Notes: a model not told the origin generated them from the sequence alone. 32,000 bases of DNA from Candidatus Omnitrophota bacterium (GCA_963662715.1 OY759724.1:2490001-2522000); one strand, 5' to 3'; shown: positions 19,280 to 26,564, numbered from the stretch's first letter. Program-made: numbers and translations.

Positions 19280-20500
19280 ATGTGGGAATGTCCTGATTGC
19301 AACACTACTAATTGGGATTCTGATTCAAAATGTCATCAATGTGGTTGCGACCTTTCTAATAAAGAAAAGTTAGCTAAAGTTTCTTCTCAGAAGATTAAAA
19401 GTCCTAGAGCGGATAAGCGTTCAAATTGGAAATATGCATTAGTCCATTTACTTTTAACCCCAGCGCTTTTTGTCTTAAGCATATTAATACTTAGTTTTCT
19501 TAGGGTTCCTGATGATGCATCTGTCTATTATTGTCTCTTGATTATCGGAGGCTATCCGATTGCGAAGCTTATCGGCTTTAATCCTATGTACATAGCCCTG
19601 CCGATATTTTGGCTCTATAGATATTCAGGCATGTATATATCATTTAAGGGAATGGCCTATATTGTGTTCGTGCCTTCTTATGTATCAGTTCAAGTCCATA
19701 CTCTGCTGTTGCTCATTCCAGATATGTATAAAAATTGCGTTTCTTGGCTCAAAGCTATAAAATGGCCGCTTCGCATCCTAACTGTTCTCTCTACTATCGT
19801 CATTATTTTAGGTGCCATTTCCTGGATGACAAACTGGTTCCGCCAGGGATCTTTCGATTATTATGCGAGTTCGTCTGGAGAGGACCGCATAAGATACGCT
19901 ATCGCATACAAGCGGCTTGATTTGCTGAAGAAAAGTATTAGGCACGGCATGGAGTTGGAGGACTATCTGATGTGGAAAGCCGGTTATCAGGAGAAAAACG
20001 AGAAAATTCTTGAATTTTTGATCAACAGCGGCCTGTCAGTGAATGCGGTAACCGGTTCAGGAGAAACAGCCCTTCATTCGGCAGCAGAAAGTGGAGAGGT
20101 AGAAAATATTCGGTTTCTAATAAGCCATGGTGCTGATCCTAACATTAGAGATGACGCAGGTCAGACGCCACTTCATCAAATAGTTCTTTCGGATTATATT
20201 CCAGATGAAAAGGTTGCTGAGATAATACAAATCCTAGTTGACGGTGGAGCAGATGTCAATGCTGTTACGAAACCGAACATTCATTCGGCTTACAAAAATT
20301 GGAGTGGAGGAGATATGCCTCTTCATTATGCGGTTAAGCAAAGAAAAAATTTTAAGAAAGAGCCCTATCCTCCAAAAGTTCGATCCGTTGCTACTCTTCT
20401 AGAACTGGGTGCTGACGTAAATGCCAAAAACAGCGATGGTCGTACGCCATTGGAGATTGCTACTAATGAGGAAATTAAGAAAATTCTTTTGGAACATTAA
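19280..20500 (+). CDS. zinc-ribbon / multi-TM / ankyrin-repeat protein
   Basis: GAAGGAGG SD. N-terminal CPDC-x10-CHQC, about 5 hydrophobic helices and C-terminal ANK repeats (GETALHSAAESGEVENIRFLISHGADPNIRDDAGQTPLH...). Confidence 0.8.
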   Translation: MWECPDCNTTNWDSDSKCHQCGCDLSNKEKLAKVSSQKIKSPRADKRSNWKYALVHLLLTPALFVLSILILSFLRVPDDASVYYCLLIIGGYPIAKLIGFNPMYIALPIFWLYRYSGMYISFKGMAYIVFVPSYVSVQVHTLLLLIPDMYKNCVSWLKAIKWPLRILTVLSTIVIILGAISWMTNWFRQGSFDYYASSSGEDRIRYAIAYKRLDLLKKSIRHGMELEDYLMWKAGYQEKNEKILEFLINSGLSVNAVTGSGETALHSAAESGEVENIRFLISHGADPNIRDDAGQTPLHQIVLSDYIPDEKVAEIIQILVDGGADVNAVTKPNIHSAYKNWSGGDMPLHYAVKQRKNFKKEPYPPKVRSVATLLELGADVNAKNSDGRTPLEIATNEEIKKILLEH

Positions 20501-20554
20501 GGATTCATAGGATAAAAATATTAGAAGCATAAAAAATTAGGAAGAGATATTAAT

Positions 20555-20707
20555 ATGAAGCATCATCTATTAGCAGATAAATGGATCTTGTTCAATAACG
20601 CGGGTGCAAAGCCAGAGATTATTGCTAAAAAACAGAATGAGCATATAGATGTGCTTGATTCTGATTTATTTGCTAAAATTATGAAGGAATCAGGAGCTGA
20701 AATATGA
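20555..20707 (+). CDS. tiny hypothetical ORF (50 aa), below the ORF-track cutoff
   Basis: Hand translation: MKHHLLADKWILFNNAGAKPEIIAKKQNEHIDVLDSDLFAKIMKESGAEI. AGGAAGAG lies about 10 nt upstream. Confidence 0.3.
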   Translation: MKHHLLADKWILFNNAGAKPEIIAKKQNEHIDVLDSDLFAKIMKESGAEI

Positions 20708-20847
20708 AGAAACGGATGTCGATATTAGATAAAGCGGAAATTGCCATGAAAAAGGCCGTTGAAAGAGTCATAGCAGAACATAAACGGTCTGGCAGACCTT
20801 TAGAGGTATGGAAAGACGGCAGAGTGAAAAAAATCATTGTTAAATAA
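20704..20847 (+). CDS. tiny hypothetical ORF (47 aa) overlapping the previous one by ATGA
   Basis: Hand translation: MKKRMSILDKAEIAMKKAVERVIAEHKRSGRPLEVWKDGRVKKIIVK. The 4-nt overlap suggests coupling. Confidence 0.35.
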   Translation: MKKRMSILDKAEIAMKKAVERVIAEHKRSGRPLEVWKDGRVKKIIVK

Positions 20848-20865
20848 AAAAGATTCTACGTCTAT

Positions 20866-20899
20866 CCAGTTGCAAAATTCATTTACTAGGGGGAGCCAT
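20866..20899 (+). repeat. degenerate tRNA-Asn 3'-end remnant (copy b)
   Basis: CCAGTTGCAAAATTCAT...GGGGGAGCCAT. The last 11 nt are identical to 9380-9390, and the first 17 nt are identical to 25217-25233. Confidence 0.65.
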
Positions 20900-21118
20900 A
20901 TAAAAAGGGACGCCTTTTAGGCGTCCCTTTTTATATGCTTGCTCTGCGTAACGAGATACCCAGAGAGCGAAGCGAGCGGTTCTGACCGAGCCCGCCAACA
21001 TGCGAAGCGTTCAAGAGGGCGAGGAAATGGTGGCGAGTTGGAACGAGCCACCAGAGTCCTCGCGACCGAGCATGGCGAGGGAGTGCCAACAGTCAGAGGA
21101 CTGTGGCCGGGGGAGTTA
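20890..21118. repeat. 229-nt structured repeat, copy A
   Basis: Identical to 23187-23415 except at 20947 (C vs T) and 20985 (A vs C). Contains a hairpin terminator, GCGAAGC motifs and a split tRNA-Asn 3' end. Confidence 0.9.
20902..20932. terminator. bidirectional hairpin terminator inside repeat A (also present at 23199-23229 in repeat B)
   Basis: AAAAA-GGGACGCC-TTTTA-GGCGTCCC-TTTTT. Confidence 0.7.
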
Positions 21119-21126
21119 TATAACAT

Positions 21127-21165
21127 AACCCGTTGTGAACAAGTTGTTTGCAACGGGTTTTTTTT
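21127..21165 (+). terminator. intrinsic terminator just after repeat A
   Basis: AACCCGTTG (21127-21135) pairs with CAACGGGTT (21151-21159), followed by a T-run. Confidence 0.65.
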
Positions 21166-21171
21166 GCTTGT

Positions 21172-21200
21172 TTGACGATTTTAAGGGTATGTGATAGACT
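21172..21200 (+). promoter_or_regulatory. sigma70-like promoter of the leuA leader
   Basis: TTGACG (21172-21177), a 17-nt spacer, then TAGACT (21195-21200). Confidence 0.5.
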
Positions 21201-21224
21201 TATACCACTATGCAAGATTATTCA

Positions 21225-21275
21225 ATGAAGTTAAACAACCTACTTCTCGGACTACTCCTATCTTTATTGAGATAG
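21225..21275 (+). CDS. candidate Leu-rich leader peptide MKLNNLLLGLLLSLLR
   Basis: 9 of 16 codons are Leu (TTA, CTA, CTT, CTC, CTA, CTC, CTA, TTA, TTG). It sits in the 5' arm of a long hairpin upstream of a terminator and leuA. There is no clear SD. Confidence 0.55.
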   Translation: MKLNNLLLGLLLSLLR

Positions 21276-21332
21276 GCCGTGAGAAGAGGTGTGTTTATTC
21301 ATTGAATAAAAAATAAATAATTAAAAAATGAA

Positions 21333-21369
21333 GCCACCGCTTCTTAATGAGGCAGGTGGCCTTTTTTTT
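21333..21369 (+). terminator. attenuator terminator upstream of leuA
   Basis: GCCACC (21333-21338) pairs with GGTGGC (21355-21360), followed by C and T8 (21362-21369). Confidence 0.7.
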
Positions 21370-21428
21370 GAATAGTCGACCACCTTAATCTTTAGGAAGT
21401 AGTGGTGTCAAAAGAAAGGTGGTGTATT

Positions 21429-23099
21429 ATGAAAAAAGTTGAAATGCCATTCAAGCGTTATCGCCCATATCCGCAAGTAAATCTTTTTGACCGCGAATGG
21501 CCAAATAAGACAATCGTAAAAGCTCCGATTTGGTGCAGTATTGACCTGAGGGATGGTAATCAGGCTTTGAGCAACCCAATGAATGTTGATGAAAAAATAA
21601 TAATGTTTGAGCTTCTTGTAGAAATCGGATTTAAGGAAATTGAAGTTGGTTTTCCTTCTGCGTCTGATGTTGAATATCAGTTTATCAGGAGACTTATCGA
21701 AGAAGAACGAATACCTGATGATGTTACGATTCAAGTGCTGACACAAGCCCGTGAACATTTAATAAGAAGAACTTTTGATTCCGTGCGGGACGCCCAAAAA
21801 GCAATCATTCACTTATATAATTCCACTTCAACAGTGCAAAGGGAAATTGTCTTTAGAAAAAATAAAGAGGAAATAAAAAGTATTGCCATAAACGGAACAA
21901 AGTTAATAAAGGAATTAACTGATGCAGAAAAGAATGATGGCATACGCTTTGAGTACACACCTGAAAGTTTCCCAGGGACAGAGTTGGATTATGCCTTGGA
22001 AGTTTGCTCTGCGGTAATGGATGTGTGGGGTCCATCACCTGACAATAAAATAATCATAAATTTGCCAACAACTGTTGAGATGTCAACGCCCAATATTTAC
22101 GCTGACCGCATTGAATGGTTCTCTCGTCATATTAATAAAAGAGAATCAGTTATTATCAGCGTACATACTCATAACGACAGAGGAACAGGTGTGGCTTCTG
22201 CCGAATTAGCTGTTATGGCAGGAGCTGAGCGTGTCGAAGGAGCTTTATTCGGCAATGGGGAGAGAAGTGGCAATATGGATATTGTCACAATGGCTTTAAA
22301 CCTTTTTAGCCAAGGGGTAAATCCTGAGCTTGATTTCTCGGACATCAATAGAATTGCGGATATTTACAAAAAATGTACAAGAATGGATATTCATCCTCGA
22401 CATCCCTATGTAGGAGAGTTGGTCTATACTGCTTTCTCTGGGTCACATCAAGATGCAATTAACAAAGGAATGAAAAAACAACGAGAAAATGAAAGCAATA
22501 TTTGGGATGTGCCATATCTTCCCATTGACCCCAAGGATGTTGGTCGGACTTATGAGGCCATTATCCGTATAAATAGTCAATCTGGGAAAGGCGGTGTTGC
22601 TTTTGTTTTAGAGAACGATTGGGATTTTAAGATACCCAAAGAGATGCAACCTGAATTTGCTCAGGTTATACAGCGGATGACAGAGAGTGTTAATAGCGAG
22701 TTATCATCGCAAGAAATAAAGAATTGTTTTGAAAAGGAATATATAAAAAGGACAGGACAATTTCAATTAAAATCTTGTGCCATTCATTCTGAAAATGAAA
22801 ACTCTAAAGAAACTATTGTCTGTGCTTTAATAAAAAATGAGCAACAAGAAATAACAATTCGTTCAAAAGGAAATGGTCCTGTTGATGCTTTTGTTTGCGG
22901 CACCAAGAGACATTTCAACATTATTTTCGATGTGGCATATTATTCTGAACATTCCCTTTCGCAAGGAGCCGATGCAGAAGCTGTTGCTTACATCGGGATA
23001 AAAACTGGCGAAAGCAAAATTGTCTTTGGAGTTGGGATTGATGCAAATATTAGCATAGCTTCAATTAAAGCGATTGTGAGTGCTATAAATCGTATGTAA
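21429..23099 (+). CDS. leuA: 2-isopropylmalate synthase, long form
   Basis: MKKVEMPFKRYRPYP...WCSIDLRDGNQAL...EVGFPSAS...HTHNDRGTGVA..., with a C-terminal LeuA allosteric domain. AGGTGG lies upstream of the ATG at 21429. Confidence 0.9.
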   Translation: MKKVEMPFKRYRPYPQVNLFDREWPNKTIVKAPIWCSIDLRDGNQALSNPMNVDEKIIMFELLVEIGFKEIEVGFPSASDVEYQFIRRLIEEERIPDDVTIQVLTQAREHLIRRTFDSVRDAQKAIIHLYNSTSTVQREIVFRKNKEEIKSIAINGTKLIKELTDAEKNDGIRFEYTPESFPGTELDYALEVCSAVMDVWGPSPDNKIIINLPTTVEMSTPNIYADRIEWFSRHINKRESVIISVHTHNDRGTGVASAELAVMAGAERVEGALFGNGERSGNMDIVTMALNLFSQGVNPELDFSDINRIADIYKKCTRMDIHPRHPYVGELVYTAFSGSHQDAINKGMKKQRENESNIWDVPYLPIDPKDVGRTYEAIIRINSQSGKGGVAFVLENDWDFKIPKEMQPEFAQVIQRMTESVNSELSSQEIKNCFEKEYIKRTGQFQLKSCAIHSENENSKETIVCALIKNEQQEITIRSKGNGPVDAFVCGTKRHFNIIFDVAYYSEHSLSQGADAEAVAYIGIKTGESKIVFGVGIDANISIASIKAIVSAINRM

Positions 23100-23165
23100 C
23101 CGCAAAGTCATTGGATAATTTTCTGACTTTGTCTGAGAGACAGTAAGCCCTAAACTCCTCCAAAA

Positions 23166-23196
23166 AGTTGCGAAACGCGTCCTCTTGGGGAGCCAT
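23166..23196 (+). repeat. degenerate tRNA-Asn 3'-end remnant (copy c)
   Basis: AGTTGCGAAACGCGTCCTCTTGGGGAGCCAT retains the GTCCTC and GGGGAGCCA blocks of the tRNA T-arm and acceptor. Confidence 0.55.
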
Positions 23197-23415
23197 ATAA
23201 AAAGGGACGCCTTTTAGGCGTCCCTTTTTATATGCTTGCTCTGTGTAACGAGATACCCAGAGAGCGAAGCGAGCGGTTCTGCCCGAGCCCGCCAACATGC
23301 GAAGCGTTCAAGAGGGCGAGGAAATGGTGGCGAGTTGGAACGAGCCACCAGAGTCCTCGCGACCGAGCATGGCGAGGGAGTGCCAACAGTCAGAGGACTG
23401 TGGCCGGGGGAGTTA
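23187..23415. repeat. 229-nt structured repeat, copy B
   Basis: See copy A. The offset is exactly 2297 nt. Confidence 0.9.
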
Positions 23416-23470
23416 ATATCCTAAGCCGTTGTGAGATAATGTCTTGAACATTCAAATATGTGCGATTTGA

Positions 23471-24253
23471 CTAAACGTCAGGTTTCCAAAATCTCACCAC
23501 TGAAGCCTGGCAGAAGAAATCGAGCTGTTCCATAAAAAGAAATTTGGAATTAAGAAACCAAAGTGGCATTAAGATAGGTAAGGTCATGATACGGATTTTT
23601 CCGGAATGTTTCTTCACAAAGGTCCGCAGTTTTTTCCGCTTCGGGTAAGCATTGCCATTTTCGTCATATAGTTTCGGCGTGAAAAGTGAAATATTAAAAT
23701 GAGGGAAGCAAATATCTGCTTTAAACCCATATTTCTTTCCAAATAAAGCAAGCCCGGTCGGAGTGGGGTTGTTGATATGCCCGGGAGCTATGCTTTCTAC
23801 AAAATCATATTTACAAGTCGAAGATACCCAGAAAAGTCCGTTAGGTTTAAGGACACGGAAAGCTTCACTGAAGATATTTTTATTGATATTTTGAGGAACA
23901 TGCTCATAAACATTATGGCACATAATGAAATCAATGGATGTGTCTTCAATAGGAAGGGGGTCTTTGAGGTTATGCACACGGCTGTCAATCCCGAGGTTTG
24001 CTTTTGACCATTCAACGGCACTCTTTGCCCCTTCCAAAGCAATAACATGCAGGCCGTTTTCCTGGCAGCATTTCGTGAAGAACCCTTCCCCGGCGCCCAG
24101 GTCAAGTCCAGATGCGGAATGTCCGACGTATTTGATGACTTTCTCGACAAGGGCTTGATATGTTTTCCAGCGGTCAGTAGACCAGCCTTTTATCCTCTGT
24201 TCATAATGATCGTCATTTACAATGCCGTCTGCCTGGGCATGGTTGGTTTGCAT
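23471..24253 (-). CDS. class I SAM-dependent methyltransferase
   Basis: Motif I LDLGAGEGFF and a post-I acidic residue (VIALEG), plus a Methyltransf_11/23-like core. Confidence 0.75.
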   Translation of the reverse strand: MQTNHAQADGIVNDDHYEQRIKGWSTDRWKTYQALVEKVIKYVGHSASGLDLGAGEGFFTKCCQENGLHVIALEGAKSAVEWSKANLGIDSRVHNLKDPLPIEDTSIDFIMCHNVYEHVPQNINKNIFSEAFRVLKPNGLFWVSSTCKYDFVESIAPGHINNPTPTGLALFGKKYGFKADICFPHFNISLFTPKLYDENGNAYPKRKKLRTFVKKHSGKIRIMTLPILMPLWFLNSKFLFMEQLDFFCQASVVRFWKPDV

Positions 24254-24544
24254 GTTTAATCCTGATGTATAAATGCGGGAATTTATTTAGAATATTTTAG
24301 CATGCGTAATAAAGGAATTGTATGTGAATATATTTTTTGTTGGATTTGTTTAAGAAGGTTAGTATAAGATGAGAATAAAACAAGGCGAATTAGACTGAAT
24401 TAATATTTAAGTGTTTTTATTTTGATTCCTTGTAGAGAATTTTGATAACTAAATTAAATCTGATAAGATAGTAATTGTGATTTTTTGTGGTATGATGGTT
24501 CCATATCCTTATATAATTTTAACAATTGATACATGTGAGGGAAC

Positions 24545-25060
24545 ATGAAAATAATAGATTTAGGATGTGGTCGGAGTAAAGTCCCCGGGACGATTGGAAT
24601 TGATATGGACCCGGAATCTGATGCAGATATCATTCTCGATATTGATAAGGAGCCTATACCTTTAGAAGATAATTCTGTTGATAAAGTAAGATCATCCCAA
24701 TTCTTTGAGCATTTGGAAGATCCTTTCCGTGTCTTGAGAGAAATATATCGGATTTTAAGGCCAGGTGGTGAAATTTTTATAGAAGTTCCTCATTACACAT
24801 CACACATCGCACATGGTTTTGGTCATAGGCAGTATTACTCTCATAAAGAACTCGTACGTATGCTAACATACGAAATTAGCTGTGAGATTGTAAAAGCGGA
24901 AATTACTTTTTATAAATCTTTTAGAATGGCAGGGATTCATTATCTTGCCAATAAGTTTCCTACAAATTATGAGCGTTTCTGGGCATATATTCTTCCGGCG
25001 GAAAATATAAAGATAACCGGTAGAGTTAAAAAAGATGTGCGAGCAGAGAAAGGTAAATGA
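24545..25060 (+). CDS. small class I SAM-dependent methyltransferase
   Basis: IIDLGCGRSK...GIDMD...FEHLEDPFRVLREIYRILRPGGEIFIEVP. Confidence 0.75.
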   Translation: MKIIDLGCGRSKVPGTIGIDMDPESDADIILDIDKEPIPLEDNSVDKVRSSQFFEHLEDPFRVLREIYRILRPGGEIFIEVPHYTSHIAHGFGHRQYYSHKELVRMLTYEISCEIVKAEITFYKSFRMAGIHYLANKFPTNYERFWAYILPAENIKITGRVKKDVRAEKGK

Positions 25061-25105
25061 AGATTTTGCTAGAAAAATAAGTGTGCAGAAGAAAGGAAGA
25101 AAGAA

Positions 25106-25165
25106 GAAAGTGCCAGTCCCCTCAAAGGGACAGGTCGAATGAATTGAAAAATAATTAGAAGGACA
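25106..25165. repeat. short repeat module, copy E (GCCAGTCCCC-loop-GGGAC...)
   Basis: About 60 nt that aligns by eye with 31402-31462. Its first ~20 nt also align with 27844-27863. Confidence 0.6.
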
Positions 25166-25216
25166 GTAGACGTTTTAGATATAGAATTGTGATATAGATA
25201 TTCCACTATTCCTCCC

Positions 25217-25253
25217 CCAGTTGCAAAATTCATCCACCAGGGGGAGCCATTTA
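25217..25253 (+). repeat. degenerate tRNA-Asn 3'-end remnant (copy d), candidate distal att junction
   Basis: GGGGGAGCCATTTA (25240-25253) is identical to 9380-9393. Extending to 36 nt gives 28/36 identity by hand alignment. Confidence 0.65.
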
Positions 25254-25292
25254 GAAATATCCAGCGCACCATTTTGCGACTGGTTAACAATC

Positions 25293-25325
25293 TGCCCTCT
25301 TTGAACTTCTTGTTCGAAGAGGGCA
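25293..25325 (+). terminator. long hairpin (14-bp stem) followed by ATTTTATTAT
   Basis: TGCCCTCTTTGAAC-TTCTT-GTTCGAAGAGGGCA. Confidence 0.45.
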
Positions 25326-25385
25326 ATTTTATTATCGCGAAAAAACCACGGCCATGAGGCCGTGGATGAAGTGTAATGACCCTAG

Positions 25386-26177
25386 TTAAGCAAGGATTTT
25401 TTTGTGTAGATCGAGTTCTTTGTTAATCCATCTTTTGTAAAACTCTTCAGGCGTAGCGAAGAATAATGCCTGATGAGGGAAATCGGTGTTGTAATCGTTG
25501 ATCCAACGCTTGAAGTCATCTTGAAGATCAAATGGGTTGTCCCATTCATTGATCCAAATGAAATCTTCTTTGATTCTGCGGATGACGCGTTCGGTGTCAG
25601 CATTGCCTTTGGGGTTGGACCAGGTTGAGAAGATCTGCTTGATGCCGGCCAGTGAACAATTAAGCCTGAAGCGCCCGCTGGTGGGCTGACAGCCATTGTC
25701 CGAGATCAGGTGCAGGTCATGATTCAGTGTGTCTTTGATGCCGTTTGGGAATCGGTTGTTGATGGCCATTTCCAGGGCATCCAGCCAGTCATCAGTCTTT
25801 GACTGGATGTTGAGGCTATAGCCGATAATTTCTTTGGTATACCAGTCTAGGACGATGGTCAGATAGAACCAGCCCCAGGTCGCCAGTTTGATTTTTGTCA
25901 TATCGATACCCCAGAATTGATTGGGGTGAGAAGCTCGTGGTTTCCGGCGGAGGTTGCCACGCTTGGCCTTCAAGCGATCGTTGGGTTGAACCGTTAATTG
26001 ATTTTCTTGCATGAGGCGTTGGACACAATTTTTGCCAATTTTGTAATGTTTACGGTTGTTTAAATAGGCCCAGACTGAACGGTATCCCCAGAGGGGATGT
26101 TGCTTTTTAATTTGTCGGATTTTGACTAAATGTTTTTGGTCTTGTTCGATACGCTTTAGAGAACGGCGTCTTTTCAT
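25386..26177 (-). CDS. IS3-family transposase OrfB (DDE/rve integrase core)
   Basis: FWGIDMTK (D), LISDNGCQ (D) and NADTERVIRRIKEDF (E). Probably expressed as an OrfAB fusion by a -1 frameshift. Confidence 0.85.
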   Translation of the reverse strand: MKRRRSLKRIEQDQKHLVKIRQIKKQHPLWGYRSVWAYLNNRKHYKIGKNCVQRLMQENQLTVQPNDRLKAKRGNLRRKPRASHPNQFWGIDMTKIKLATWGWFYLTIVLDWYTKEIIGYSLNIQSKTDDWLDALEMAINNRFPNGIKDTLNHDLHLISDNGCQPTSGRFRLNCSLAGIKQIFSTWSNPKGNADTERVIRRIKEDFIWINEWDNPFDLQDDFKRWINDYNTDFPHQALFFATPEEFYKRWINKELDLHKKILA

Positions 26178-26479
26178 AACTCGTACTCGTTTTTTTTTAG
26201 TTCAACGGTCAAGTCGCCGATGATGCGTTTGAGTTTGGCGTTTTCTTTTTCAAGACGTTGCTCTTTCTGGGACTGTTGTTTGATGTCAAAGGCCATATGG
26301 CATTCTTTGAGGAACTGGTCGCGCCATTTGTAATATTGGGTTTGGCCAATTTGGTATTTGTTACAAAGTTTACTGATGTCGATTTTCCCGCTGAGGCCTT
26401 CAAGCACGATTTGGGTCTTTTGTTGGCTGGTCCATTGGCGTTTTTTCATGGGAATTGGGCTCCTTTCCTTGGAACTCAA
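26174..26479 (-). CDS. IS3-family transposase OrfA (HTH plus leucine zipper)
   Basis: WTSQQKTQIVLE...YYKWRDQF plus a coiled-coil region. The slippery CTA AAA AAA AAC lies near the 3' end (minus strand, about 26190-26201). Confidence 0.85.
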   Translation of the reverse strand: MSSKERSPIPMKKRQWTSQQKTQIVLEGLSGKIDISKLCNKYQIGQTQYYKWRDQFLKECHMAFDIKQQSQKEQRLEKENAKLKRIIGDLTVELKKNEYEL

Positions 26480-26564
26480 TTCTACACCATTTGTTTAAAT
26501 TTGTTAACTAGGGTCACTATAGAAGCGTTTCCGAGGTCTTGGTTGCGTATGATACAATGGGTGC

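Larger units (their letters stand above)
25377..26516 (-). mobile_element. IS3-family insertion sequence (1140 bp)
   Basis: Terminal inverted repeats TGACCCTAGTTAA (25377-25389) and TTAACTAGGGTCA (26504-26516). It has orfA and orfB with an A10 slippery run. No clean target-site duplication is seen. Confidence 0.8.

Noticed and set aside
10600-20500. Integron-like cassette array or CRISPR array. The idea arose from the many same-strand small ORFs of unknown function with long spacers.
   Set aside because: No recurring attC-like imperfect palindromes or regularly spaced direct repeats occur between the genes. No intI or cas genes are present.
20939-21175. ORFs of 62-78 aa lie inside the long repeats (20939-21175, 23232-23447, 23236-23424, 27829-28059, plus antisense ones). 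The frame reading RFCPSPPTCEAFKRARKWW shows some amino-acid conservation between copies B and C.
   Set aside because: Copy A has a stop (TGA at 20983-20985) in exactly that frame. The different copies are open in different frames. The sequences are low-complexity and Arg/Gly-rich, and the ORFs run through a terminator hairpin region. Non-coding is the better interpretation.
21172-21430. A T-box riboswitch as an alternative regulator of leuA.
   Set aside because: I could find no T-box consensus (…GGUGGNACCGCG…), and no GA/K-turn plus specifier-loop layout. The Leu-rich leader ORF with a 2:3 antiterminator explains the structure better.
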